IMG/VR virus record: IMGVR_UViG_3300021167_000128
Location: 1-64,000 of that record
Reading direction: 5' to 3' (one strand)
DNA: 64,000 bases
Source: a virus
Taxonomy: Duplodnaviria > Caudoviricetes
The notes below the pieces were generated by a model that did no database searches, was not told the origin of the DNA, and saw nothing but the letters and a program-made list of their open reading frames with translations. Of the stretch, positions 38,062 through 47,603 are shown piece by piece. Made by a program: the position numbers and the translations under genes. Every line of letters starts with the position of its first letter. The first letter of the stretch is position 1.

Positions 38062-39282
38062 TTAAACAAGAGTAGTATCTTGAACCTGGATGGTAGTTAA
38101 TTCCAACCCACCCGTAGCTACATCATTCAGAAGTGCAGTGAAAGCAATACTTTGAACCAAAGAAGTTTCACTGTCGCTTACTGACGCCGAATTCAACTTG
38201 ACCTTGGGAAAGACAAATGTCATAACATCTGCATTCTTTTCGGTACTGGTGGTGAGCGCCATAACAACAGTAACAGCAGTCTCGTTAGCAAAGTAATCTC
38301 GAAGAGTACCATCACTAAAGTAAGCACTAAGATTACCAGAAGCAGTAATGCGTCCCGCAAAAATCTCAGAAGCAAAGTTAGAACCTACACACTGCGCAGC
38401 TTCCATATTACGGTCAATAGTAAAGTCAGCAGAAGTAACACAAGCACCTGCAGTACCATTAACAATTAGAGCACCTTGAACAGCAGCAAAGATACCAGTA
38501 GTACCGGCAGCAGTAGGTGAAGTAAAGTAACGAGTAGTTCCAGTCTGTTCGAGGTTCTTACCCATGAAACCAATATCAGTAGTAACTAGACCAGTAGCAG
38601 GAAGAGAAACAGCAATACTGTTAGGCTTCAGACCAGTGAATACTTCAGATTGGTTAATGTCTGAATACCAGTTTTCAAAGGTAAATGAATTATTGGTATG
38701 TCCGCTTAGAGGAACATAAGTAGTCTTACCAACTGCACTCACAGCCGCAGCGGTAATAGATGCTTGAACAACCAAAGAAATGCGTGATAGAACTTGTACT
38801 GTAAGAACAGTAGCTGTCATACTCACAATCAGGAGGTTGTTATTAAGGTTAGCAGGGTCAGCACCAGTACCTGCTGTAATACGGACAACTTGACCTACAC
38901 GGAAACCATCAGTAAGGAAAGAACCAACAGATCGAGTAAGTGTAAAGTTAGTACCAGACGAAGCAACAGCTAGGGTAAGACCTGTAGCAGTACCAGAAGC
39001 AGTAAAGTCCCGAGCTAGAACAGAAGCAAAGAAATCACTATAAGAGCCTGGAGAAAGTTCAGCAGAGATAGAACCTTCAGCAGAACGAACACCGTGGCGG
39101 TAATCAGCTACTTGTTGGTCAGTACGGATTTCGTTGGATTCATAAGCATCTTTAACTAGGTTAAAATCAGCGGTAACTCGACGAATTTGTTTAGCGCCAG
39201 TTGCACCCGGAAGTTGTCCCCAATTACCGTTTTCATTTTTATATGCTACTTGTTTGAACACGCCTGTGGCTTTAGTTGCCAT
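38062..39282 (-). CDS. Major tail tube protein
   Basis: Position, size, and beta-rich low-complexity composition with strong codon bias. Confidence 0.8.
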   Translation of the reverse strand: MATKATGVFKQVAYKNENGNWGQLPGATGAKQIRRVTADFNLVKDAYESNEIRTDQQVADYRHGVRSAEGSISAELSPGSYSDFFASVLARDFTASGTATGLTLAVASSGTNFTLTRSVGSFLTDGFRVGQVVRITAGTGADPANLNNNLLIVSMTATVLTVQVLSRISLVVQASITAAAVSAVGKTTYVPLSGHTNNSFTFENWYSDINQSEVFTGLKPNSIAVSLPATGLVTTDIGFMGKNLEQTGTTRYFTSPTAAGTTGIFAAVQGALIVNGTAGACVTSADFTIDRNMEAAQCVGSNFASEIFAGRITASGNLSAYFSDGTLRDYFANETAVTVVMALTTSTEKNADVMTFVFPKVKLNSASVSDSETSLVQSIAFTALLNDVATGGLELTTIQVQDTTLV

Positions 39283-39297
39283 ATATAATTCTCCTTA

Positions 39298-39696
39298 TTA
39301 ATTAATAAAAATAGTAACAGGAATAATAATAGGAATTACCATTCTCTGTGTGGTAGGAATTGCTCCTGTAATTTGAGGGCTATTGAGAATCATCAACCTT
39401 GTGTTAGACTCTTCGATAGTTGTACCTCTTTGAAACAATTGTTCAATCTCATATGCAACTTCTAATGCATTGCCTGAACCTACGTTTAATTCCTCCATAA
39501 CATAGATATTTACATTTGCATTTTTAATCTTGCAGGTATCACCTACAGAATTATCATTAGGTTTTCTAAAGGTATAAGTAACAGCAAGATATAATTCTTC
39601 TGGAGGATTAAACTCAACATTTTGCCAAGCAATAGGATAACCAAGGGTATCAATTCGCTCTTCAATTAGTTTTCTAAATATATTTTCTGGAGCCAT
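39298..39696 (-). CDS. Tail terminator-like protein
   Basis: IAWQNVEFNPP motif; neck-gene synteny. Confidence 0.65.
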   Translation of the reverse strand: MAPENIFRKLIEERIDTLGYPIAWQNVEFNPPEELYLAVTYTFRKPNDNSVGDTCKIKNANVNIYVMEELNVGSGNALEVAYEIEQLFQRGTTIEESNTRLMILNSPQITGAIPTTQRMVIPIIIPVTIFIN

Positions 39697-39713
39697 TGGA
39701 TATACCTCGTAGA

Positions 39714-40199
39714 TTAAGTCTCGTCATAGTATTGTTTTAGATTAGATTCAATAGCAGTTTTAACTAATTCAATAGTTGGTTGCATAATTCCATTTGGAGC
39801 TTGATCTGATAAACCTTGTTCTAATTTCACATAAGCAGGACCAGAAGCACCTATATAGAAAGTATTTCCTAGTTGATATTGCCTGTCTGCTTCTCCAAAT
39901 ACATCATTCTGCATTTCAGTTATGCTATTAATATTTGGGCTAAAAGGTATATTAGAATCTTCTTCATATGACCAACCACCTTGGTGAAAGCCTGCTTCAA
40001 TTGGAATTCCAAACCTATCTTGTCGTAGTTTATATAAAGCAGGATATTGCATAGGATCACCAACAGGGGTATTCTTTGCAGCAGCATAAGCAACTTCTTC
40101 AGCAAACCTGGTAGTCATATATTCCAATTTTCTCTTGAAATCTTTAGAGAATTGTTCTAACTGTAAAGCTATTTTATCTGCGTTAGAAGTAATTTGCAT
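39714..40199 (-). CDS. HK97 gp10-like tail completion protein
   Basis: TPVG...GGW...YV.KLE.G.S.QAP.G pattern. Confidence 0.7.
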   Translation of the reverse strand: MQITSNADKIALQLEQFSKDFKRKLEYMTTRFAEEVAYAAAKNTPVGDPMQYPALYKLRQDRFGIPIEAGFHQGGWSYEEDSNIPFSPNINSITEMQNDVFGEADRQYQLGNTFYIGASGPAYVKLEQGLSDQAPNGIMQPTIELVKTAIESNLKQYYDET

Positions 40200-40200
40200 A

Positions 40201-40557
40201 TTAAACCTTTGAAGTTAGAATCTTATAGATTACTGAAGATCCTTCTGCAGTATGTTCTTTTGTACTAACTACAAGATACTTAACACCAGACCAAGTAATC
40301 TTGTCGGTAGCTTTAGGTTTAGTAGGAAGATCTTGAGATACAACTAGAAATTCAACTAATTCTTTATCAATTAAAGAAGGATAGTTGAAAGTATTTGCTT
40401 TAATAGTCTTAGGGAATGCTTTGACTGGAGTAGATACTTCTGTTTTAGTAACTTTACCTAGAGTCTTATCATATGCTCCTTCAGCTATTGTAGTTACTGA
40501 AATATTTACTCCATTCTTGTAAATCACCTGTATTGCAGATCTAATAAAATCATTCAT
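40201..40557 (-). CDS. Head closure protein
   Basis: Synteny in the neck module; YD..LG motif. Confidence 0.6.
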   Translation of the reverse strand: MNDFIRSAIQVIYKNGVNISVTTIAEGAYDKTLGKVTKTEVSTPVKAFPKTIKANTFNYPSLIDKELVEFLVVSQDLPTKPKATDKITWSGVKYLVVSTKEHTAEGSSVIYKILTSKV

Positions 40558-40558
40558 A

Positions 40559-40975
40559 TTAAATACTCCAAGGATTGTAACTACAATTACTTTCGCTTGT
40601 AAATGGTTTTACAAAATTATTATCTGCATTATCGTTATTTGATTGCATGTCGGATTTACTAATACCAGAACCGTATACGTTAATAAATGAGTACATTCCA
40701 TTTAAATCTGGATTGCGAATATATAAGATTAACGCCTGTCTGTATGCTTCTGCTGCCTTACTATTTTTAATTGACAGAACATCCACGGTTCTATCCGAAG
40801 AATTTATCGATAGGTGCATTAAGATAATCTTAGCGGCTTGTAAAGAAGCACGTCTAATATTCTCATTACTATTCTCTAGGCAATAGGTATATACATCATC
40901 AGTTAGAATAGGAAGCACAACATCTAAGTCACCAACCTCCATCCTTACTTTTTGGATCATTTCTGGAGTAATCAC
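40559..40975 (-). CDS. Head-tail adaptor
   Basis: VRMEVGD..ILTDD.Y motif; synteny. Confidence 0.65.
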   Translation of the reverse strand: MITPEMIQKVRMEVGDLDVVLPILTDDVYTYCLENSNENIRRASLQAAKIILMHLSINSSDRTVDVLSIKNSKAAEAYRQALILYIRNPDLNGMYSFINVYGSGISKSDMQSNNDNADNNFVKPFTSESNCSYNPWSI

Positions 40976-41067
40976 ATAGGGTTCCTTTCTGTTAGTTTAT
41001 ATTCATTTAGTAAGGATACCTTTGGTTATATTGGGCTATAACGTAAGATATTCTTCGTGAAGGAAGG

Positions 41068-42081
41068 TTAGTTTGTTAGGAGTTCAAGATACAAGTCTTT
41101 GAATTCAGTTTGTCTATCAATAGCTTCTTCTAATGTTCTAAATGCGCCTAAGTATATCTTCTTAGACCCAATATAATAAGCAGTTCTGTAAGAAAACTTT
41201 CCACTTTTAAGTTCATGAGTTTCGATTCCTTTAACATCAAAGGGAAGCCCTTCTCTAGTTTTATTTCTTTCAGACTCACTTTCAACCATTCTTTGCATCA
41301 TATTATATTTACGAATTAATCTGTATCTTGAATCAGAACCTTGGTACAGATGTTTTACTATTTCAACTGCATCTCTTCCAGAGAAAGATACACTATGGAT
41401 ATTTTGAACTTTAGTTATGACGGGGTTTTTATCAAAACATAGAGATTGTGTGCAATACTCTTTAAAATTCTCACATAGGTCAAAACTTCCAACTAAATTG
41501 ACAACTCTACATCCTTTGCCATTTATAAATAATGATCCATCTCCATCAATAACTCCTCTCCAGAAATGTCTGCTCCATGTGTTACTGGGTTGATAATTAT
41601 TTGGCACTGTGGCTATTTTTGATTTCTGTGGAGCTAACCCATGATTTTCTAAGTTTTTTCTAACTATCTTACTGGTGAATGTAAGCCTTTTCATTGTACT
41701 AATATATCCACTATCTCTTTTGGTTATATACGTCCCAATTTTAGCGTTAGTTTGTAACCATTCTTTCATTGTCTCTAGTATGTGGATGTCTTTCTCTTGC
41801 AAAGCAAGAGTCACATGACTACCATCTTTTTTCAAATAACCATCCGTAACTAGAAAACCATAAAAATAGGCATCCGCTTCACTTTCAAGAGTTAAAAATC
41901 TTTCTTCGTTTATTACACCCTTGTTTACAATATATTGTATCCCATTACTTATACAATAATTTCTTACACTTGGTGATTTTAGTTCAAGAGTTTTCGAAAT
42001 CTCTGCAATTGTTTTATTTTTAGACAGCCTTACAATTTCTTCATGATAATCAGAAATACATTTACATTTTCTTTTATTCAT
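41068..42081 (-). CDS. Free-standing LAGLIDADG endonuclease with N-terminal HTH and C-terminal AP2-like tail
   Basis: AYFYGFLVTDG and FWRGVIDGDGS; KKIYLGAFRTLEEA. Confidence 0.85.
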   Translation of the reverse strand: MNKRKCKCISDYHEEIVRLSKNKTIAEISKTLELKSPSVRNYCISNGIQYIVNKGVINEERFLTLESEADAYFYGFLVTDGYLKKDGSHVTLALQEKDIHILETMKEWLQTNAKIGTYITKRDSGYISTMKRLTFTSKIVRKNLENHGLAPQKSKIATVPNNYQPSNTWSRHFWRGVIDGDGSLFINGKGCRVVNLVGSFDLCENFKEYCTQSLCFDKNPVITKVQNIHSVSFSGRDAVEIVKHLYQGSDSRYRLIRKYNMMQRMVESESERNKTREGLPFDVKGIETHELKSGKFSYRTAYYIGSKKIYLGAFRTLEEAIDRQTEFKDLYLELLTN

Positions 42082-42196
42082 AGTCTCTCCGTATAGAGTT
42101 TATTTGGAACCTCTATCTATGAAACGGCATAGCACAGCTTGCAGGCTGGTTTCGAGGTATTGGTAGATAACTGCAATTATCTCTGCAAGACTTGAT

Positions 42197-42225
42197 ATTT
42201 TACCCTAGTAAACTTGAGAAAGCAA
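42197..42225 (-). promoter_or_regulatory. Sigma70-like promoter of the LAGLIDADG gene
   Basis: TTGCTT-17-TAAAAT, just after the capsid terminator at 42236-42257. Confidence 0.6.
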
Positions 42226-42275
42226 TACTAAGGTAAAACCCCTCGTTAGAGGGGTTAATACACACTACAAACTAC

Positions 42276-43289
42276 TTACACAGCAATACACTTTACAACA
42301 CACTGAGGACGGCGAATCAGGTTCAGGAAGTTAGACTCAGATTGAATAGTAATTTCACTATCATTCTGGTCGCGCTGGACCCAAACGTAAGCCTGCTCAC
42401 CTAAAGTATTGACCATGCTAAATTTGTTGGCCGGACCGAAGTAAGTCTTGAAGGTATCTGAAGTACCCTGAGGGAGCATGTAAGCTTCGCCAGCAGGGAT
42501 CAGGCGCTGACCATTGTAAGAACCTCTCATTTCAATATACTCAACAGAGCCATGAATAAACCTGCGATAAATACCAGTACCTAGACGTTGACGCAAAGGC
42601 TCTTGAGTGCTAGAGTAATACTTGTAGGCTTCCTTGACAGAAGCATGGTCAATAAGCTTACTAAAGAATTCAGGAGAACATAGGACAATGATGTTACTTA
42701 CAGCCTCACCGGACATAATATTGTCTTGAATATGAGCAATACCTTCCTCAGACTTAGCCAGCAGGTTTGTGGTTGCTGTATCTAGGGACCACGTAATTTC
42801 CTTACGAGTAACACCAAATTCAGTGTAGTAATTGCCAGCAACAGTACCATTAGGAGCATATACAGTACCTTGAGTAATAGCCTGAGCACGGGCAAATTCA
42901 AGGGTAACAGCATGGTTACGGCGAATACGCTCTAGCTTGCGTGCAATGACATTGGCCTCAGTTTCAGCAACTTCCGAAGTACCGTAAGCACGGACACCTT
43001 GAATGTCATTGGGCTTAATTGCATCATCAAGCGGGAAGTGAGGAATAGGAAGGCTACGAAGAACACGATTCTCGTCGCGATTAACGTTATTGCGATCACC
43101 ACGAACACGGTCAGTGATTAGACCTAGAGTGCCAGTAGTGCTTTCAATTGTAACGGTATTTTGAGAGATAGATTCTGGAGAGAAAATACCTAGCTCATTG
43201 ATAAGACCCCAAGTATTGGGGATAAGCATTAGGTCAGGGGTAAGGTCTGTTAGTTGAAAACCATTAGTAAAACTACGTGCAATAGGCAT
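42276..43289 (-). CDS. Major capsid protein (lambda gpE-like)
   Basis: 337 aa, IPHFP.DD, TLEFARAQA, ESNFL..RRP; follows the decoration gene. Confidence 0.9.
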   Translation of the reverse strand: MPIARSFTNGFQLTDLTPDLMLIPNTWGLINELGIFSPESISQNTVTIESTTGTLGLITDRVRGDRNNVNRDENRVLRSLPIPHFPLDDAIKPNDIQGVRAYGTSEVAETEANVIARKLERIRRNHAVTLEFARAQAITQGTVYAPNGTVAGNYYTEFGVTRKEITWSLDTATTNLLAKSEEGIAHIQDNIMSGEAVSNIIVLCSPEFFSKLIDHASVKEAYKYYSSTQEPLRQRLGTGIYRRFIHGSVEYIEMRGSYNGQRLIPAGEAYMLPQGTSDTFKTYFGPANKFSMVNTLGEQAYVWVQRDQNDSEITIQSESNFLNLIRRPQCVVKCIAV

Positions 43290-43321
43290 ATTTATATTTC
43301 CTTATAATTATTATTTAAACT

Positions 43322-43720
43322 TTAAATAGTTTCGTTGATAAGAATACATGCAGCTTCAAGGTCTGCATAAACAACAGCCTTCTTTGCATCCGTATCATAG
43401 GTAGAATCAAGAACCAGAGCAGTCTTAGAAACGATAGCAGCACCGCGAACCATAACTAGAACCTTAGTATCGGTAGTACCAGGAACAGTGTAATCACCAA
43501 GGACGATAGCAGCAGCAACCTTAGAACCATCTACAGCAGTTTCAACAGCAATCTTATACTTACCGGAAGCAGTAACCTTACCTAGAACAGTACCTACAGC
43601 ATAGGTCTTAGCAGCGGCTTCATTAACAGTTACAACAGCGCGAGTGTAACCAAATTCGGGCCACAGCTCTTTCTTAACTAGGTGACTTAGACGGAACGGT
43701 TCTGTAGCAATTAGTGCCAT
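43322..43720 (-). CDS. Head decoration protein (gpD-like)
   Basis: GTVLGKVTASGKY...DGS..AAAIVL...RG motif. Confidence 0.85.
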   Translation of the reverse strand: MALIATEPFRLSHLVKKELWPEFGYTRAVVTVNEAAAKTYAVGTVLGKVTASGKYKIAVETAVDGSKVAAAIVLGDYTVPGTTDTKVLVMVRGAAIVSKTALVLDSTYDTDAKKAVVYADLEAACILINETI

Positions 43721-43747
43721 ATTTATTCTCCTTATTTATGTTTAAAA

Positions 43748-44725
43748 TTATTTAGCAATACGGGCCTTAACAGCCTTAGTGACAAGCGACTCAGTTACAA
43801 CTTCAGTCTCGTCAGAACTTGCACCAGCTTCAACAAATAGCGAAGCATTCTTGTTAAGTTCTGCTAGAGCCTTTACAACAGAAGTAAAGACTTCATCTGA
43901 AGCGTCCTTACAACCCTCAAAGATAGCAACTGCACGTTCATCATCATCACCAGCAGCTTTAGTTAATTCAGCAAGACGACTCTTCTGAATCTCTTGCTTC
44001 TTTTCATCTTCAAATTTCTTAATAGTATCCAGTGCCTTTGTTAACTCAACTTGCTTTTCGTCAAGAGCCTTTTGTACTTCTGCATATGACTTCTGAAGAT
44101 TTACAAACTTGGACTTTTCGATAGTCTCAATCTGTTCACTCATGTATTTATTTTCCTTATTAAGTTGTTTATCTTTATTATTTTCATAAACTGAAAATGC
44201 TTTTTCTACTAGCTCTTGATCTTGAATAAGCTGTAGGTATTCTTCTTCGGATAGCTCTCCTAGAACAGATTCAATATCGTTAGAATCCTTTAGTTTCTTC
44301 ATTACAGAGATAGACTGAAGTTTGTAATTAACGTAATCTTCAAGTTCTTTATCACCTAGTTCTACATCCCAAGAATTAGGAGCTTCAGGAGGTTCATTCA
44401 TTTCAACTAAGTCTTCCTGAACTTCTAGAGCATATTGGTCCATACCTACGGTAACGAAACCTAGAGAACGTGCTAGAAGTTCTTGATTTCCCTTGTCCCA
44501 AATACCAAAGAACTTCTCTAGGTATTCGTTAATAGAAAGGGTTACAGTAACTTGAGAGGCTTTCTTAATGAACTCTTCGGAGAGCTGACGATTAGACTTG
44601 GTTAGTAGTGTTTGATACCCATTTGCACTACCACCAACAATAGGACCGACTAGACTTACCGTTGCATCTTCACCAGAAAAATCAAACTTAGTGATCTTCC
44701 TTGTAGCTTTTTGTTTTGTAGCCAT
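43748..44725 (-). CDS. Capsid scaffolding/assembly protein
   Basis: Acidic coiled-coil C-half; lies between protease and decoration genes. Confidence 0.65.
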   Translation of the reverse strand: MATKQKATRKITKFDFSGEDATVSLVGPIVGGSANGYQTLLTKSNRQLSEEFIKKASQVTVTLSINEYLEKFFGIWDKGNQELLARSLGFVTVGMDQYALEVQEDLVEMNEPPEAPNSWDVELGDKELEDYVNYKLQSISVMKKLKDSNDIESVLGELSEEEYLQLIQDQELVEKAFSVYENNKDKQLNKENKYMSEQIETIEKSKFVNLQKSYAEVQKALDEKQVELTKALDTIKKFEDEKKQEIQKSRLAELTKAAGDDDERAVAIFEGCKDASDEVFTSVVKALAELNKNASLFVEAGASSDETEVVTESLVTKAVKARIAK

Positions 44726-44745
44726 AATACTCCTTTATTTAATAA

Positions 44746-45291
44746 TTAAAGGTCTTCTACCGTACCTTTGCATTGCACAGAGACTCCGTTGAACACACCT
44801 GACTTAATTCCGGCCCAGATCCAATCAGAGCACTTTAATGTCATCAGCCAAGTTCCAGCTTTGATAATCTTATTTTCTATGGACATATCAGCCGCTAAAA
44901 TGTATGACTCTAAAAATTCATAACCATCTGTATCTACTGCATGGTGCAGATTAGCTTTACGAAGGTGCATATTCTTGTTAAATTGATAGCAGGCATCTGC
45001 AATAGTCTCTGCATCATAAGTATCTGCATGAAGGTCAGTAGTTAGATCAGGGTCTTGAGGCTCTAGTACAATAAACGTAGCAATCTGCTTCTCTTCGTTT
45101 AAAGACTTTTGAATTACTTTGGATTTCTTGAATGCTTTCTCAGCGTTTGATTGAGCTGCTAATGAAGCACGTCTTGCTTTCTGTTCGCTTCCAGATCGTT
45201 TAAATTCTTCGTTAAATGTTTCTACAGCTACTTTTTGAACAGCTTTAGATTTCTTATTAGACCATTGAGGTGGGTCTTTTAGTGAATACAT
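44746..45291 (-). CDS. XkdF-like prohead protease with possible ChaB-like N-terminus
   Basis: VLEP..D.H.D....I..A...F, N.HH, ESY, GTW, W..IKSG.F.G.S. Confidence 0.75.
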   Translation of the reverse strand: MYSLKDPPQWSNKKSKAVQKVAVETFNEEFKRSGSEQKARRASLAAQSNAEKAFKKSKVIQKSLNEEKQIATFIVLEPQDPDLTTDLHADTYDAETIADACYQFNKNMHLRKANLHHAVDTDGYEFLESYILAADMSIENKIIKAGTWLMTLKCSDWIWAGIKSGVFNGVSVQCKGTVEDL

Positions 45292-45310
45292 AAATAACTC
45301 CTATACATCT

Positions 45311-45339
45311 ATTATATAGTATAATATATAATTTGTCAA
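45311..45339 (-). promoter_or_regulatory. Consensus sigma70 promoter of the head genes
   Basis: TTGACA-17-TATAAT. Confidence 0.8.
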
Positions 45340-45389
45340 TAGTTTTAGTTAAATCATTATAAAAGGAGCCTAAACTCCCTGTATAAACT

Positions 45390-45578
45390 TTAGTTATTAA
45401 TCAACTTAAGACCTAACCTATCAAGAGCTTCACTTGCAGGCTGTTCACTAATATCTGAAGCTCCTGAACCACCTCCTCCACTACCTCCTGCTAAAGTACC
45501 ATCAGCAGTTACTTTTACGGGAATAATTTCATCTGGTAATCCTGATTGTTTATATACACCAGCGATAACTGTAGTCAT
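45390..45578 (-). CDS. Hypothetical small protein
   Basis: AAGGA RBS; Gly-rich linker. Confidence 0.55.
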   Translation of the reverse strand: MTTVIAGVYKQSGLPDEIIPVKVTADGTLAGGSGGGGSGASDISEQPASEALDRLGLKLINN

Positions 45579-45660
45579 TTAGTATCCTTTATTTTATGTT
45601 TGGTTAAACCCTCCGGAGAGGGTTAGAGAAGGGTAACCCCCGCGCACTGCGGGGGTTGGA

Positions 45661-47148
45661 TTATTGCGCCGCGAGGTCCGACAGCAGCACGTTTTCAGCG
45701 TTACCGGCGTCGATATGGGCTCGGATTGCAGCCGCAAACTGCCGGAGTCGATTCGTCGAAATCTCAATCGTGCTGGCAGCTGCATCGACGCCAACAACTT
45801 TGTGCAATTTGATGTGACAGTCCGCCCGCGCATCCACTGCGCTTTGTATGCGAGCAATCACGTTTGTGGCGTTCGTCGCCTCGTCAGTGCTGCTCCATGT
45901 GTGCCCGACACAATTAAGTGTCATCCGGTAGGGATTTCGGCCCGAAATAAGATCGGTGCGGTACTTTTGGAAAGCGTTTTCGGTAGTCCCAAACCCTGTA
46001 TTAATTCCGAGATCCATCAGCAAATACAGCAAGGAATCATCTGTCAGGCTTTCGAGATAGCGGCCGGTCGGCCATACGTATGTCCGCTTGCCGTTTTCTG
46101 TAATAAGCCCGCGATCGGCAAGCCACTGGATGACGCCGAGAATGTCTCCGGCTCTTTCGGGGTTAGTTATCCAGGCATCAAAAAGCGACCCATTCAAGTA
46201 GCCGGGACGATTCGGGCCATGTGGCACGCATTCGTTGCCCCCCGCGACGTACATCCGCAAATCAGCTTCAGTCACAAAACCGGGTTGTCCGACACGCTCA
46301 GGGATGACTGCAAGGGACGACCGCAGGCCGTATTCGTCGAGTATCTTCTGCCCGATATGAATGAACGAGGGGTACCCGTCATCGGACCGAATTGCAATTC
46401 GCGCCTTACCGCCCAGCCCGCCACCCGTAACCGAGCGGAACCAGATCGTCCCGGTTTGCCCGTTCAGAACAGCGCAGCGGATTTTCCCGCCTTTCCACGG
46501 GTAGTCTCCAGCGTTGCCCGTAGTGACTCCTGTTTTTCCCAGCATGTCCCCGCAGACGTTGTAATGCGACATTCCGTTTTTGACTGGGGATAGTGCTGTA
46601 GTCGGGCCAGCGAGGCCGCCGTAGGAGCCAGTGATGTACGTAGAGTACGTGCCGTTTGATGCGGCGGTCGTGAAAAACGGATACACGCCGACGAATTTAG
46701 TGCAGTCCTCGAAGGCCATTTCGATCTGTATCGATGTTGCCGAAAACCCTTCCGTCAGCGTCGGGAACAGCAGCTCAAACGCATTCGCGGTCGCATCCGT
46801 GGCCGTCGCGGTGACGCGATAGCATTGTTCTCCCTTGTACGTCTCCCAACCCTGCGAGACGATCGTGCAGTTGGCCTGGGGCACGGCATTGAGTGCGCCG
46901 CCCGTGCTGGGGTCGAACCATGTGAACTTCTGACGTGATCGTGGGGCACCTGCGAGCTGAATACGTCGGCCCCCGATTTCAAGGTTCAGCGGCGCCGCGC
47001 CGAACACGCCGGAAAGTTTTCCAATCCCCTGGGCCGAGTTGCTTGCAGTAACTACGTTAGCCATATTATAACTAATGTTCTTACCGTCAGATTTCTCAAT
47101 ATCTACCTGACCAGTTTCATCATTAAAATTCATTTGTTTTACTGTCAT
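45661..47148 (-). CDS. Chimeric protein with C-terminal polysaccharide deacetylase (NodB/CE4) domain
   Basis: IRSDDG, ECVPHG, IKLHKV motifs; first ~30 codons AT-rich, remainder GC-rich. Confidence 0.75.
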   Translation of the reverse strand: MTVKQMNFNDETGQVDIEKSDGKNISYNMANVVTASNSAQGIGKLSGVFGAAPLNLEIGGRRIQLAGAPRSRQKFTWFDPSTGGALNAVPQANCTIVSQGWETYKGEQCYRVTATATDATANAFELLFPTLTEGFSATSIQIEMAFEDCTKFVGVYPFFTTAASNGTYSTYITGSYGGLAGPTTALSPVKNGMSHYNVCGDMLGKTGVTTGNAGDYPWKGGKIRCAVLNGQTGTIWFRSVTGGGLGGKARIAIRSDDGYPSFIHIGQKILDEYGLRSSLAVIPERVGQPGFVTEADLRMYVAGGNECVPHGPNRPGYLNGSLFDAWITNPERAGDILGVIQWLADRGLITENGKRTYVWPTGRYLESLTDDSLLYLLMDLGINTGFGTTENAFQKYRTDLISGRNPYRMTLNCVGHTWSSTDEATNATNVIARIQSAVDARADCHIKLHKVVGVDAAASTIEISTNRLRQFAAAIRAHIDAGNAENVLLSDLAAQ

Positions 47149-47250
47149 TTAGTAACCTTCCTTATAAAATAAATTACTTCCATCATCGTACTCATAGAAT
47201 ACCTGACCGTTCTCTTCTTGAAGAATAAACTCTTTAATAGTTTTTGTCAT
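47149..47250 (-). CDS. 33-aa ORF paralogous to the N-terminus of the downstream deacetylase gene (not in ORF track)
   Basis: MTKTIKEFILQEENGQVFYEYDDGSNLFY vs MTVKQMNFNDETGQVDIEKSDGKNISY; TAAATG junction. Confidence 0.6.
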   Translation of the reverse strand: MTKTIKEFILQEENGQVFYEYDDGSNLFYKEGY

Positions 47251-47270
47251 AGTTACCTTAAAGTTAAATG

Positions 47271-47603
47271 TTATTTATAGCATCTAAGTAATGCTTCTTT
47301 TCTGGCAGAGAATAAACTATCAGAAGTTGATGTAGATTTCTGTTCAAATATTCTTACCCTATAAAGTCCATCAAATATAAGAAAAGAATCTCCCTTATCT
47401 ATAAAATTAGTCTTTCGTTTTCTTGGTATATAATCCTCTACAACAAGCAATTTATCTCTAAATTTAATATGCCCGAAGTGCGGAATTAATCCTTTTAGTC
47501 CGATAGACCTAGTTACAAATAAAGAAGATTTCATTCTATTATGAAACCACATACCAACTGCAAATATAAGACAGTTCATTCTAAATCTTATATCGTTTAG
47601 CAT
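47271..47603 (-). CDS. Hypothetical protein
   Basis: Start overlaps the portal stop. Confidence 0.55.
   Translation of the reverse strand: MLNDIRFRMNCLIFAVGMWFHNRMKSSLFVTRSIGLKGLIPHFGHIKFRDKLLVVEDYIPRKRKTNFIDKGDSFLIFDGLYRVRIFEQKSTSTSDSLFSARKEALLRCYK

Noticed and set aside
45664-46593. 309-aa plus-strand ORF and smaller ORFs (45594-45857, 46631-46822, 46755-46982)
   Set aside because: Shadow frames of the GC-rich deacetylase gene. Long antisense ORFs are expected at high GC, and they have no RBS or motifs.
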